From NCBI GenBank assembly GCA_003354005.1, contig PIWD01000002.1, forward strand, positions 594 through 64,593: DNA of 64,000 bases. The letters are read 5' to 3'. Shown piece by piece: positions 26,826 through 38,122 of the stretch (position 1 is the stretch's first letter; each line of letters opens with the position of its first letter). A program made the translations under genes and the position numbers. Below the pieces are notes generated by a model. That model worked only from the letters and a program-made list of their open reading frames with translations, was not told the DNA's origin and ran no database searches. The DNA is from Gammaproteobacteria bacterium. Its GTDB lineage: Bacteria > Pseudomonadota > Gammaproteobacteria > PIWD01.

Positions 26826-27842
26826 GTGACATTCAGTAAGGAACATAAACATCCTTCATTACCCATTGCTGTGCTCGGTGGGGGTAGTTGGGGTACAGCT
26901 TTAGCCATACACCTAGCCCGTGCTGGCCATAGCGTTCTTCTATGGAGCAGAGATGCAGAGAAAGTACAGGCCATGCACCGAGACCGTGTAAACTATCATT
27001 ATATACCAGATATCCCATTTCCAAAAGGCTTAGAGGTGAGTGCGGATTTAACTAAGACCATAGAGACCACTGGAGATATTGTTGTTGCCGTTCCAAGCAT
27101 TGCTGTTAATGCTATTTTTAAACAAATTGCCTCCCAGATACGACACAAGCTAGTCAACCGCTGTTTAATCTGTGTGAGTAAAGGTTTAGATCAGGCACGC
27201 GGTCTTTTTTTTCACCAACTTGCAGCCGAATACTTCACAACCAATATGCCATTTGCTATCTTGTCTGGTCCCAGTTTTGCATTAGAGGTTGCCCAAGGTA
27301 AACCAACTTCGGTGATGGCTGCAGCGCACGACCCACTTGTTGTACAACATGTAGTGAGAAGTTTTTCATATAATTCCTTAAATGTCTTCCCTAGTAATGA
27401 TATTATAGGCATCGAACTTGCAAGCATCATGAAAAATGTCCTAGCCATTGCCGTGGGATTTTGTGATGGCCTGGAGCTGGGCTATAATACACGATCTGCT
27501 TTAATCACCCAAGGATTAGCTGAGATGACGCGCCTAGGTCTCGCAATCGGTGGAAAAGCCGAAACTTTTACTGGCTTAGCAGGATTAGGAGACCTCGTCT
27601 TAACTTGTACAGGACACTTATCACGTAACCGTCGCTTCGGACTCGCCATTGGACAAGGTAAGACATGTGAGCAAGCATACGATATTGTAGGTCAGGTCGT
27701 GGAGGGTTTCTATCATGTGGATTGGTTGCTGCAACTCGCTAAACAACAGAATGTTATGCTGCCTATTGTCTATGCTGTACAGCAGGTATTAAGTAACAAA
27801 CTACCAGTACAAACAGCACTTAAAACGATAATGTCGTGTTAG
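26826..27842 (+). CDS. gpsA: NAD(P)H-dependent glycerol-3-phosphate dehydrogenase
   Basis: Rossmann motif VLGGGSWGTALA, 338 aa, GpsA-like throughout. Confidence 0.85.
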   Translation: MTFSKEHKHPSLPIAVLGGGSWGTALAIHLARAGHSVLLWSRDAEKVQAMHRDRVNYHYIPDIPFPKGLEVSADLTKTIETTGDIVVAVPSIAVNAIFKQIASQIRHKLVNRCLICVSKGLDQARGLFFHQLAAEYFTTNMPFAILSGPSFALEVAQGKPTSVMAAAHDPLVVQHVVRSFSYNSLNVFPSNDIIGIELASIMKNVLAIAVGFCDGLELGYNTRSALITQGLAEMTRLGLAIGGKAETFTGLAGLGDLVLTCTGHLSRNRRFGLAIGQGKTCEQAYDIVGQVVEGFYHVDWLLQLAKQQNVMLPIVYAVQQVLSNKLPVQTALKTIMSC

Positions 27843-28043
27843 GTGTTAGTCAATGAGTATGTCCAAGTATGCTAAATGCGCAATAGTCAGAATGCTAACG
27901 CAAGCATAAACTTAGATCAATATACTCGAGCGCATTGTGGCTCAAGCATAAACATTACGCAATAGCGATGTAAGACTTCAGTATGCAATCGTGTTAACGG
28001 CACATACTAAACATAGATGATCTTGATCATCATAGATTATTAA

Positions 28044-28748
28044 TTAGTTGGTCTTACCTAATGATGATCCTGATGTAGTATCATGGGTCATTCCTTCTTG
28101 TGTAGTATCTGCATCTTCCGATGTAGTATCATAAGGTATTCCTTCTTCCGTAGTGCTTACATTCTCCTCAGTATTTTTCATTGTGTTTTTTAAAAGATTG
28201 GATTCGCCTTCTCCTTCAGGCACTGTTTGTGTATTTAATACACCACACTCTGGTTTAACCTTAGTTAGGTCTATTTCTTCCGATGTTAATTCACTTACAC
28301 GCTCTCTTATTATGATATATAATTGCATTAATCCTCTAGTTAGAGTGCCCATTATAGGGGCAAAAAACAAGAAATGAATTACTTTTTCAACCTTTCCCAG
28401 TGTGGGATATTTGATTTCTATCGGTTTATCGAGATATGCTTGAAGGACTAATATGGACTTTAAACTTATCACTCCCTCATCATGCTTCGATTGATCTAGT
28501 GCCGACAGATCGATTACTTTTAAGCTTTTTGCTTTGGGGATAATACTTGAAAAAAGGTTACGCAAACCAACTTCATTCAACTCACCTGATAAAATGAGTT
28601 TTTTTACACTCTTATTTTTAATTTTATCGTTGATTTCATTAACTGTACCTTCATCATTTAGATTAAGTCTATCAGTATGTAAATCCAGCGTACTCTCTTT
28701 TTCTCCTATATTCTCTAATTCATTCATGTCATCTACCCTATAATACAA
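28044..28748 (-). CDS. Hypothetical protein. It has an LRR-like central region and an acidic Thr/Ser/Asp-rich C-terminal tandem repeat.
   Basis: LxxLxL-type repeats (LILSGELNEVGLRNLF..LKVIDLSALD), and a C-terminus YDTTSEDADTTQEG / THDTTSGSS that is encoded by a ~39-nt DNA tandem repeat at 28060-28150. Confidence 0.45.
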   Translation of the reverse strand: MYYRVDDMNELENIGEKESTLDLHTDRLNLNDEGTVNEINDKIKNKSVKKLILSGELNEVGLRNLFSSIIPKAKSLKVIDLSALDQSKHDEGVISLKSILVLQAYLDKPIEIKYPTLGKVEKVIHFLFFAPIMGTLTRGLMQLYIIIRERVSELTSEEIDLTKVKPECGVLNTQTVPEGEGESNLLKNTMKNTEENVSTTEEGIPYDTTSEDADTTQEGMTHDTTSGSSLGKTN

Positions 28749-28834
28749 GTAAAAAATATCAATTTACCTATATTATATGTAAGATTTTCAGAATATGTTG
28801 CAATAGGGAGTTGTTACGAGGTAAACTTGATTAC

Positions 28835-30574
28835 TTACATGCGCTCAATAGGCTGTATCCCAAGCAATTTCATACCTACAGCTAGTGTTGTAGCAGTTAG
28901 GTAGCTCAGTTGCAATCGACTATATTGTTGACTTTCTTCTGCTAGTGACCAAATGGGACAATATTCATAGAATTTATGGAAGTGTTGAGCCAATTCATAG
29001 AGGTAGTGACATAGGCGATATAAATGGCTTATTTGTGATTCAATACTCAATAATAAACCCTCTAAGGCCAGCAATTTAACGGCTAGTGCATGTTCTTCGG
29101 GTGAGTGAATTGAAATACCAACCTGCAGGGGTTTCCACGGCAGGTTTCCTTTACGGAATAAGGCATGGATACGAACATAGGCATTTTGTAAATAGACTGC
29201 CGTTTTACCCTCTAGTGAAAGTATGCTATCCCAATCAAAACGATAATCACGTATACTATCATTACGCAGATCTGCATATTTTAGGGCTCCTATGCCAAGA
29301 TGGTGGCCTAATCTTTGTTGTTCTTTCTGAGCTAGGTCTGGGGTTTTTTCCTGTACGATGCGCGTTGCGCGCTTTTCAGCTTCATCTAGTAAGGTCTGTA
29401 GTGGAATTGTGCCACCGCTGCGTGTTTTAAAGGGTTTGCCATCTTTAGCAAGCACACTGCCAAAGGCGATGTGTTCAAGTCTATGGATATCACTCACCCA
29501 GTCTGACTGATGCAATGCAGCGAATAACATGTTAAAATGCTGCTGTTGTCGAGCATCTGCCAAGTAAATGAGTCGTGTTGCATGTAAATGATGGATGCGA
29601 TCGTAAGCGGCCGCTAAATCTGAACTTGCATATAGGTAGCTACCATCTGATTTCTTCACAATCATAGGTAAGTTTTTTTTATCACGGTCAACGAAGCCAT
29701 CTAAGAAAATAACCTGTGCACCCTGGTCGTATGTTAGTTTATTTTTCTTCTCTAAATCTTTAATAACTTGTGGCATCAGTTCCTGGTAGTCACTTTCCCC
29801 TTTCCAATCCTCAGCTTTAAGTAGTACATCAAGTTGGATATAGATATCTTGAAAGTTTTTCTTACTCAAAACCACTAAACGCTGCCAAATAGCGCGTGAT
29901 GTGGGATCCCCCTGCTGTAACTTTTGTACGCGCTTGCGTGCACGGTCAGAAAAATCAAGTGATCGGTCAAATTTCTGCTTTGCTGCTTGATACCAGGCAT
30001 TTAGGTGAGCGATTGCTAGGTCGTCAGTTACAGTAATGTCTTTCTCTAGCAAATACTCAATGAGCATGCCAAATTGTGTCCCCCAATCACCGACATGGTT
30101 GCGGCGAATGACTCGGTGACCAAAGAATTCTAACAAACGAACAACAGCATCCCCAATGACTGTTGAGCGCAAATGTCCAATATGCATTTCTTTTGCAACA
30201 TTGGGGGAACTGTAGTCAACTACGACGGTTTCCGTCCTAAGAAGCTTCTTAATACCTAGCCGTGGGTCGTGTGAACGTGCGTTGAGTTGTGTGGATAAAA
30301 AATTATTTTCCAACGTTAGGTTGATGAACCCTGGCATAGCTGTTGAAACTTTAGTAAACAATGCCTCTTTTTTAAGTGTTTGTGCAATCTTATCAGCCAA
30401 TACGAGTGGCTTACAGCGGTTAGGCTTGGCAAGCTGCAGGGCAACAGTGGTTTGATAGTCGCCCAAACGATCCCGTGAAGAAGGTTGTACAATAATCTCA
30501 AAATCATTCGGTACAATGAGATCAGTACAGTCTGTCATAGCTTTTTGTATACACTGCTGCAATAAATTGATCAT
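28835..30574 (-). CDS. argS: Arginine--tRNA ligase
   Basis: Class I HIGH-like motif (EMHIGHLRS), 579 aa, and an ArgRS anticodon-binding C-terminus. Confidence 0.85.
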   Translation of the reverse strand: MINLLQQCIQKAMTDCTDLIVPNDFEIIVQPSSRDRLGDYQTTVALQLAKPNRCKPLVLADKIAQTLKKEALFTKVSTAMPGFINLTLENNFLSTQLNARSHDPRLGIKKLLRTETVVVDYSSPNVAKEMHIGHLRSTVIGDAVVRLLEFFGHRVIRRNHVGDWGTQFGMLIEYLLEKDITVTDDLAIAHLNAWYQAAKQKFDRSLDFSDRARKRVQKLQQGDPTSRAIWQRLVVLSKKNFQDIYIQLDVLLKAEDWKGESDYQELMPQVIKDLEKKNKLTYDQGAQVIFLDGFVDRDKKNLPMIVKKSDGSYLYASSDLAAAYDRIHHLHATRLIYLADARQQQHFNMLFAALHQSDWVSDIHRLEHIAFGSVLAKDGKPFKTRSGGTIPLQTLLDEAEKRATRIVQEKTPDLAQKEQQRLGHHLGIGALKYADLRNDSIRDYRFDWDSILSLEGKTAVYLQNAYVRIHALFRKGNLPWKPLQVGISIHSPEEHALAVKLLALEGLLLSIESQISHLYRLCHYLYELAQHFHKFYEYCPIWSLAEESQQYSRLQLSYLTATTLAVGMKLLGIQPIERM

Positions 30575-30713
30575 TAATTATCGATCCCACTTTAGCAAGC
30601 AATGCCATACCACTAATCTAGTATCTTCTACATTCTCGCAAAAAATAAAATTAGAATACATTTTTATCCCTTGCTTGACAAGGATAAATTTATTCACCGT
30701 GAACTGCTAGTAG

Positions 30714-31745
<1,032 letters not shown>

Positions 31746-31751
31746 GAAGGG

Positions 31752-33116
31752 ATGGTTGAAAAAAAGTTAGTGCACACACACAAGAAACTGTTCGGTCGGT
31801 CTAAAACTGACTTGCTAAATCTTGTCCAGCGTTACTCTGCTTTCCTAATACTGAGTGTAGTCATTGCTTTAGTAGGACTTGCCCTGCAAAAAACATGCCA
31901 CCACGCTAGCCATCAGTTCATCAGCTTTATTTTGCAAACTGGCAGCGTGAAATCAAACATGGCAAGGCAACACTGGTACTTAAATCGCCCTTACTTGCCT
32001 TTATTCGTTATTCCTTTAGGTTTCGCAGTTATTTACTACATAACAGATCGTTACTTTTTCGGAGCTGATCGTGGTGGTATTCCCCAAACCAAGTATGCCC
32101 TTTCTAACATACAAGAAAAAATGGCTGATCGCATCTTATCATTACGTACTGTGGTCGGTAAATTTGCTTTAACAACAGCTAGCTTTTTCTGTGGTGCTTC
32201 CCTTGGGCTTGAGGGACCTATGATTTTTATTAGTACAGCCATTACATACACACTATCAAAGACTAAAATCCAGCTCTTTAGAGAAAAAGCCACTCAACGC
32301 TTACTGATTGTAACTGGTGGAGCTGTTGGGATCGCTGTTGCATTCAATACCCCATTAAGCGCGATTGCCTTTGTGATTGAGGAACATCATCACACATTAA
32401 CTCGAAAATTAGGATATATTCTGATCCCACCGATTATTATCAGCACCATCGTCTGTGATTTTTTCATTGAGCGTACGCAGTATTTTAGTGCTACCACCAG
32501 TGGATTTCAGTTGAATGATTGGGTAATACTTCCTTTTATCGCTATTATCGGCGGGTTGCTGGGTGGTTTATTTTCACGCTTACTATTTCATGGAATTCAT
32601 TATTGCTCACACCTGAAAAAACGCAAACAACGTATCTTATTTGCTGCATTTTGTGGTTTATGTGTTGCAGGAATCGGATTCCTTTCGAGTGGCAATACTT
32701 ATGGAACAGGCTTTTTTGAAGCTGATAAGCTTATTGTCGGGCAGGGTTACCTTGCCCCCAGCTTTAGCCTGCTAAAAGCACTCTCCACACTTTTATCTTA
32801 CATCAGCGGTATACCAGGTGGTATCCTCTCCCCTTCACTAACCATTGGAGCTGGATTTGGCAATCAAGTTAGCTTACTATTCCCACACGCTAAGCATAAT
32901 ATTGTAGTTATCTTAAGTATGCTCTCTTATTTCACTGGTGTCCTTCAAAACCCCATGACTTGCCTATTGATTATCCTAGAAATGACAGGACGTAATGACT
33001 TACTTGTACCCATGATGGCCAGTAGTTGGATTGCAAAATTTGCCTCAACACTTATTTTTAAAGATCCGATTTACCAGTCGCTTGCTAAGTTGTGTCATTT
33101 ACGTTATCGAGCTTGA
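31752..33116 (+). CDS. ClC-family chloride channel / H+-Cl- antiporter
   Basis: GxEGP (LGLEGP) and GIPGG selectivity-filter-like motifs, about 10-12 TM, 454 aa. Confidence 0.7.
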   Translation: MVEKKLVHTHKKLFGRSKTDLLNLVQRYSAFLILSVVIALVGLALQKTCHHASHQFISFILQTGSVKSNMARQHWYLNRPYLPLFVIPLGFAVIYYITDRYFFGADRGGIPQTKYALSNIQEKMADRILSLRTVVGKFALTTASFFCGASLGLEGPMIFISTAITYTLSKTKIQLFREKATQRLLIVTGGAVGIAVAFNTPLSAIAFVIEEHHHTLTRKLGYILIPPIIISTIVCDFFIERTQYFSATTSGFQLNDWVILPFIAIIGGLLGGLFSRLLFHGIHYCSHLKKRKQRILFAAFCGLCVAGIGFLSSGNTYGTGFFEADKLIVGQGYLAPSFSLLKALSTLLSYISGIPGGILSPSLTIGAGFGNQVSLLFPHAKHNIVVILSMLSYFTGVLQNPMTCLLIILEMTGRNDLLVPMMASSWIAKFASTLIFKDPIYQSLAKLCHLRYRA

Positions 33117-33118
33117 GT

Positions 33119-34030
33119 ATGCCAACAGAAAAAAACTCTTTCTCACTTCCATTGACCATTGCTATTTCTTCACGTGCCTTATTTGATCTTGATAAAAGCA
33201 ACCAACTATTCGAGCAAAAAGGTGTTGACGCTTACGCAGATTATCAAATTAACCATGAAGAAGACCTACTAAAACCTGGTGTTGCGTTTAACCTCGTTAA
33301 AAAATTATTAGCACTCAACCAAGAAAAAAACTTAGTAGAAGTTATTTTACTGTCGCGCAATAGTCCTGACACTAGCTTAAGAGTTCGCAATAGCACGCAG
33401 TACCACAAACTTAAGATTGAACGCGCTATTTTCACAAATGGTGAAAGTCCCTATCGCTACATCTCTGCATTTGGGATTGACTTGTTCTTATCTGCAAATA
33501 TAGATGATGTTAAACACGCCTTACAAGAACAGTGCGCAGCAGCAACCATTTACACCCCCGCTACTGAAAATAGCAAGCTTAATACACAGCAATTGCGTAT
33601 TGCATTTGACGGTGATGCTGTCTTATTCTCCGATGAATCTGAATCAATCTATAAGCAACAGGGCTTGACTGCCTTTGTTGATAATGAACAAGCATCAGCG
33701 GATCAACCACTCTCACCTGGACCTTTTAAAAATTTTATGTCGGCCTTGCATCAACTACAGCAAATTGTGCGCAGCAATCAATCTTATCCTATTCGTACAG
33801 CACTAGTGACAGCTCGCTCCTTTACTACACATGAACGTGTAGTACGAACGCTACGCAGTTGGGGAGTTCGTATCGATGAAGCCTTGTTTTTAGGTGGCCT
33901 GGAGAAAGGAAAATTTTTACAGGCATTCGGTGCAGATATTTACTTTGATGATCAGCACATCCACTGCCAATCGGCAGCGCAACATGTTGCAACGGGGCAT
34001 GTACCTCACGGAGTTTGCAATGAAAACTGA
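33119..34030 (+). CDS. Putative 5'-nucleotidase (eukaryotic-type cN-family-like; recalled as Pfam PF06189)
   Basis: My recollection of this family is that it starts MPT.. and runs about 300 aa. The start is the ATG at 33119, immediately after the ClC stop. The call rests on memory, not on motifs I can verify. Confidence 0.4.
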   Translation: MPTEKNSFSLPLTIAISSRALFDLDKSNQLFEQKGVDAYADYQINHEEDLLKPGVAFNLVKKLLALNQEKNLVEVILLSRNSPDTSLRVRNSTQYHKLKIERAIFTNGESPYRYISAFGIDLFLSANIDDVKHALQEQCAAATIYTPATENSKLNTQQLRIAFDGDAVLFSDESESIYKQQGLTAFVDNEQASADQPLSPGPFKNFMSALHQLQQIVRSNQSYPIRTALVTARSFTTHERVVRTLRSWGVRIDEALFLGGLEKGKFLQAFGADIYFDDQHIHCQSAAQHVATGHVPHGVCNEN

Positions 34031-34070
34031 AAATTCTTGACTTTTTATTTTCAACAATATTTTTTTGAAA

Positions 34071-35198
34071 TTATAAGGGACTTGCTCCCTCTTCATGTCC
34101 AGTGCAAATCATACCACCACCCAAGCAGACCTGCTTATCATAAAAAACTACAAACTGCCCTGGTGTTACAGCCCACATAGGTTTTTCAAAGTAAACGCAA
34201 TACGTATCACCATCCTTTTTTAATTCGATCGTGCAAGGCTGGTCGGTCTGACGGTAACGTATTTTAGCCGTGCATGCCAATGCTTGCTTAGCAGGCAGTT
34301 CTCCAGAAATCCAGTGAAGTTGAGAACAGCGTAAACTACTACTGTATAGGGCTGGGTCATCAGCTTGCCCAACAATTAAGCTTTGTGTTGCAGTGTCCTT
34401 TCCAACAACATACCAGGCACCCTGCTTGATATTCCGTTGACCACCTATACCTAGACCCTTACGCTGCCCAATTGTATGAAAAATTAAACCACGATGCTGA
34501 CCAATCACTTTCCCATCCGTTGTCTTGATCTCACCTGGCTTAGCTAATAGATAATGCTTCAGAAAGGCATTAAATTGCTTGGGTTCGATAAAACAAATAC
34601 CAGTACTATCCCGTTTATCATGATTGGGAAGCCCGATACGTTTTGCCAAAGCGCGTACCTGTGATTTATGCATCTCACCTAAAGGAAATAAGCTACTACT
34701 TAGCTGCCGTTGGTTAAGACCGTGTAAGAAATAACTTTGGTCTTTTGTTGTATCCATACCACGGTATAGAAGAATTGGGCTATCAACCTGATAGCTGCGC
34801 GTAACGTAATGCCCTGTGGCAATATAAGGAACTCCCTGTTCATTAGCATAATCCAAGAAAGCCTTAAATTTAATTTCATTATTACAGAGCACATCAGGAT
34901 TAGGCGTATAGCCCCGTGCATAGCTCTCAAGGAAATAACGAAAGACATGTTTCCAATAAGCTTCCGAAAAATCAACAGTGCGTAAAGGTATCGCTAATTG
35001 ATCACAGACAGCCCGAGCAAAACTTAAATCTGCACTAGCGGTACAACTGGAGTCACCATCTGAGTGCCAGTTTTGCATAAAAACAGCCTGCACCTGCCAA
35101 CCTTGCTCCTGCAAAAGCCAAGCAGCAACAGAAGAATCCACGCCACCCGACATGCCCAGCATCACACGCCCAGGCTTGGGTAAGGCCAATTTCGACAC
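34071..35198 (-). CDS. mnmA: tRNA-specific 2-thiouridylase
   Basis: PP-loop SGGVDSSV, a catalytic Cys region, 375 aa. Confidence 0.85.
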   Translation of the reverse strand: MSKLALPKPGRVMLGMSGGVDSSVAAWLLQEQGWQVQAVFMQNWHSDGDSSCTASADLSFARAVCDQLAIPLRTVDFSEAYWKHVFRYFLESYARGYTPNPDVLCNNEIKFKAFLDYANEQGVPYIATGHYVTRSYQVDSPILLYRGMDTTKDQSYFLHGLNQRQLSSSLFPLGEMHKSQVRALAKRIGLPNHDKRDSTGICFIEPKQFNAFLKHYLLAKPGEIKTTDGKVIGQHRGLIFHTIGQRKGLGIGGQRNIKQGAWYVVGKDTATQSLIVGQADDPALYSSSLRCSQLHWISGELPAKQALACTAKIRYRQTDQPCTIELKKDGDTYCVYFEKPMWAVTPGQFVVFYDKQVCLGGGMICTGHEEGASPL

Positions 35199-35253
35199 GC
35201 CTAACTAAGTTTCATGCTAAATTTAATATATCATCTTTAATCATAATTCCCAT

Positions 35254-37233
35254 CTACAAAACCATAATTTCCACTGCAACATTATTCAGAGTCTCAGTGG
35301 CAATCTTTTCCTCAATTAATGTAGCCGCATCCTTATTACTCTCAATTTCCCTCATGGCAAAATTACAATCAGTCGTTGTTAGTCTAGATTTCTTTGACAA
35401 CCCACGCAGATTTAAAGAGAGAGAAAGAACAAAACCAATCGCTGTAAGAAATATGCCACTCAAAGTAAAACCACCCACCAAGGCTAAAGAAGCAAAACCA
35501 CCAGCATTGAGTGCTAACACAGCAAAAACTATAAGAGCCACAGCGATTGTTTTAGGATCAGCATACTTATACCAGTTCTTGAAACGAGTAACGCTCTTAG
35601 TGCTGCCATAGTTCCCAAAGCTAATTGCATACACCAGCAAATTACATATATCCTTACCCCAAAAAAACAATCCCAGTAATACTTGGGTGACGGGCTGAAC
35701 ATATAGCAGGATATTACCAACTTGACCCACAAAAGATAGTGCAAAAAAGATGACACTCCAATACATGCCAAGTCCACCATTCACTGAAGGATAGGTTGCA
35801 GCATTTCCTAATATTGACAGTGAGACAGAAATAAGTATTGCAATGATGTACGGCAGGTATTTTTTTATCTTTTCAGAAGTGCCACCCTCACACTTTAAGT
35901 CGCTAAATTTTAACTTGCTAATCGTATCATAAGAAAACGAGTAGTAACAGAGCCACAAAGCAGCACTAATAGGCCAAACCAAAACACCTAATGAAGCTGC
36001 TGATATTGCAACCATAAGATACGCATTGAGTGATGCATAGCATGTCGAAATGATAACGCCAACTGCAGACTGAAATGATATCCCAGCAAAAAATATCTTA
36101 TCCCAATTCCAATTTTCATCCTCCTCCACAAAATTAATTCTATATATACTAAGAAGTAAGCTATAGACAATTCTAAAGAGCATCGATAAAAAAAATGTCG
36201 CCAGAATGGCTCCCGCTACATAAATTAAGGGCCAGTTCACAATACCTAACCATGGCACGTTTATGATACCAAATTGAAGCACCATAGACATAAAAATAGG
36301 TGCTACATTTAAGATCCCCATCCAAGCATAATGCAAACCAATCGTAGCACCTCCCGTTACGATAAAGGCACAGAGAAAAGCACCAAGCTTCACATAAGAT
36401 TCCCTGCCAAGAAAATTTAAATACATCAGAAAAGGAGTAAGTGCATCCATGTTGACTTTATAGAACAAAAATGAGTTAGCGACTAGCGTAGATCCTGCTG
36501 AAGCAATAGCTATAATAACTATAGCTGTCGATGATAAACCTATACCTACCAAACCCGATGTTAAAGAGATAAAACCCAAAAAAGCAAAACCTATAGTTGT
36601 CGCCTCAGCAAGTATCCAGCAAACAAAACGGATAAGATTACGCTTTTTGGTGTGGATCTTAAAGGTATTTCTCTCTACCGCAATTTTGATACTTTCTTGA
36701 TCTTGTTTCTCTATATTAGCTCCTACTTCCCCCAAAATTCTTTTCATATCAAATCCATACCCACTAGCACTCAAATAGACCACTACCTCACTTTCAAATT
36801 CATCCAATGCACCAACAACGATATCTTTATACATACGGGGAAGATCATTTTTATACTTATTACTGTTTTTGTAGGCTAGCTTGAAGCTTGCTAGAATATA
36901 GACTAGTCCATGTGCGTTCCTTTTATTTGTAACTGATGTACTATCTGTATCTGGCATACTACACTTAATCAGAAAAGCCTCACTCCATGTATATCTATAA
37001 TCTTTAACTACATCAGTTTTGCCCGTACTAGATCCACTCGCAAGAAATATTCTCAGCACATTCCTAAAGGAACGGGCTAAAGGAGAATCAAAGTCCACCC
37101 CCATAGAATCCAACATCTTTCTTGCATCTACCTTCTGTTCATCATCCTGCATCTCACCTTTTAGACTATGTAAATTACATAAAGACTTTGATCTGACCAT
37201 ACCTCTACCACTGGATATCATCATACACCTCAC
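35254..37233 (-). CDS. Hypothetical large membrane protein. It has an N-terminal soluble domain of about 200 aa followed by about 12 TM helices.
   Basis: 659 aa. I recognised no family. It is AT-rich and effector-like. Confidence 0.4.
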   Translation of the reverse strand: MRCMMISSGRGMVRSKSLCNLHSLKGEMQDDEQKVDARKMLDSMGVDFDSPLARSFRNVLRIFLASGSSTGKTDVVKDYRYTWSEAFLIKCSMPDTDSTSVTNKRNAHGLVYILASFKLAYKNSNKYKNDLPRMYKDIVVGALDEFESEVVVYLSASGYGFDMKRILGEVGANIEKQDQESIKIAVERNTFKIHTKKRNLIRFVCWILAEATTIGFAFLGFISLTSGLVGIGLSSTAIVIIAIASAGSTLVANSFLFYKVNMDALTPFLMYLNFLGRESYVKLGAFLCAFIVTGGATIGLHYAWMGILNVAPIFMSMVLQFGIINVPWLGIVNWPLIYVAGAILATFFLSMLFRIVYSLLLSIYRINFVEEDENWNWDKIFFAGISFQSAVGVIISTCYASLNAYLMVAISAASLGVLVWPISAALWLCYYSFSYDTISKLKFSDLKCEGGTSEKIKKYLPYIIAILISVSLSILGNAATYPSVNGGLGMYWSVIFFALSFVGQVGNILLYVQPVTQVLLGLFFWGKDICNLLVYAISFGNYGSTKSVTRFKNWYKYADPKTIAVALIVFAVLALNAGGFASLALVGGFTLSGIFLTAIGFVLSLSLNLRGLSKKSRLTTTDCNFAMREIESNKDAATLIEEKIATETLNNVAVEIMVL

Positions 37234-37304
37234 TGGTTTATATTAAAAAAATTACTTGGGTATTCTATATAATCTTCTGGAAGAAATAAAGTGGAAAAAC
37301 CAAA

Positions 37305-38120
37305 CTACTTTTGACTTAATTGATTGGTTACATTGGCTAATGCACGATATATGTCAGCAAGGACTGGGTTATTATGCTGCAAATAGTTGATATGTTTTGC
37401 GACTAATTCGGTATCACCGCGTGCAATTGGACCTGTTAATGCCTTCGAGGGTTCTATGTTAATGGCGTTATGAACACTTTTTTCTGACAAGACTTCCAAC
37501 ATTGCTAAGGCTTGCTGGGCTTCGATACCACATGACTGCAGCAAGCCCTGCCCAATGTCAATTAGGCTGATTAAGAAATTGCTGGCAAATACCAAGGCGA
37601 TGTGGTATTGCAATTTATGTTCACATGCAATGGGCAGAATATGTGCTGCCAGGCTTTTTAAGCATGTTGATAGGCGATCACAAGCACACACATCACCTTC
37701 AATTGTAAAGTAAATACTAGAAAGCGAGGCTGGCCACTGAAAGTTGTGGGTTATACTTAGGACTGGATGCAAGCTAGCAAGGTAGACATTACTTTTGCGC
37801 AATACTGCTAGACAATTGGCTGGCAATGCACCACTGCAATGAAAGACAACACTATGTTGCTTCAAGACAGTAAGTCGTGCTAATTGTTTGGCCACTGCAG
37901 TAATATGATCATCTGGTACGCTGATCATATAAAAATCAGCAGGTGGTAAGTCAGTTAAACTTTTGCAAACCGTACCCTGCGCGATGTAATCGCGAGCCTG
38001 TTGTGCAAGTTCTTGGTTACGATCAAAAAGACCCACGACTTGCAAGATCTTGCGCTCGGACCATAAATATCCCAGTGCACGCCCCACACGTCCTGTTCCA
38101 ATGATATTGATGCGCTTCAT
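37305..38120 (-). CDS. panG: Rossmann-fold / DUF2520-type putative ketopantoate reductase (PanG-like)
   Basis: N-terminal NAD(P) motif IIGTGRVGRALG. It sits immediately upstream of panC-panB, in the position and family of the alternative ketopantoate reductase described in Francisella and Coxiella. Confidence 0.5.
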   Translation of the reverse strand: MKRINIIGTGRVGRALGYLWSERKILQVVGLFDRNQELAQQARDYIAQGTVCKSLTDLPPADFYMISVPDDHITAVAKQLARLTVLKQHSVVFHCSGALPANCLAVLRKSNVYLASLHPVLSITHNFQWPASLSSIYFTIEGDVCACDRLSTCLKSLAAHILPIACEHKLQYHIALVFASNFLISLIDIGQGLLQSCGIEAQQALAMLEVLSEKSVHNAINIEPSKALTGPIARGDTELVAKHINYLQHNNPVLADIYRALANVTNQLSQK

Positions 38121-38122
38121 AA

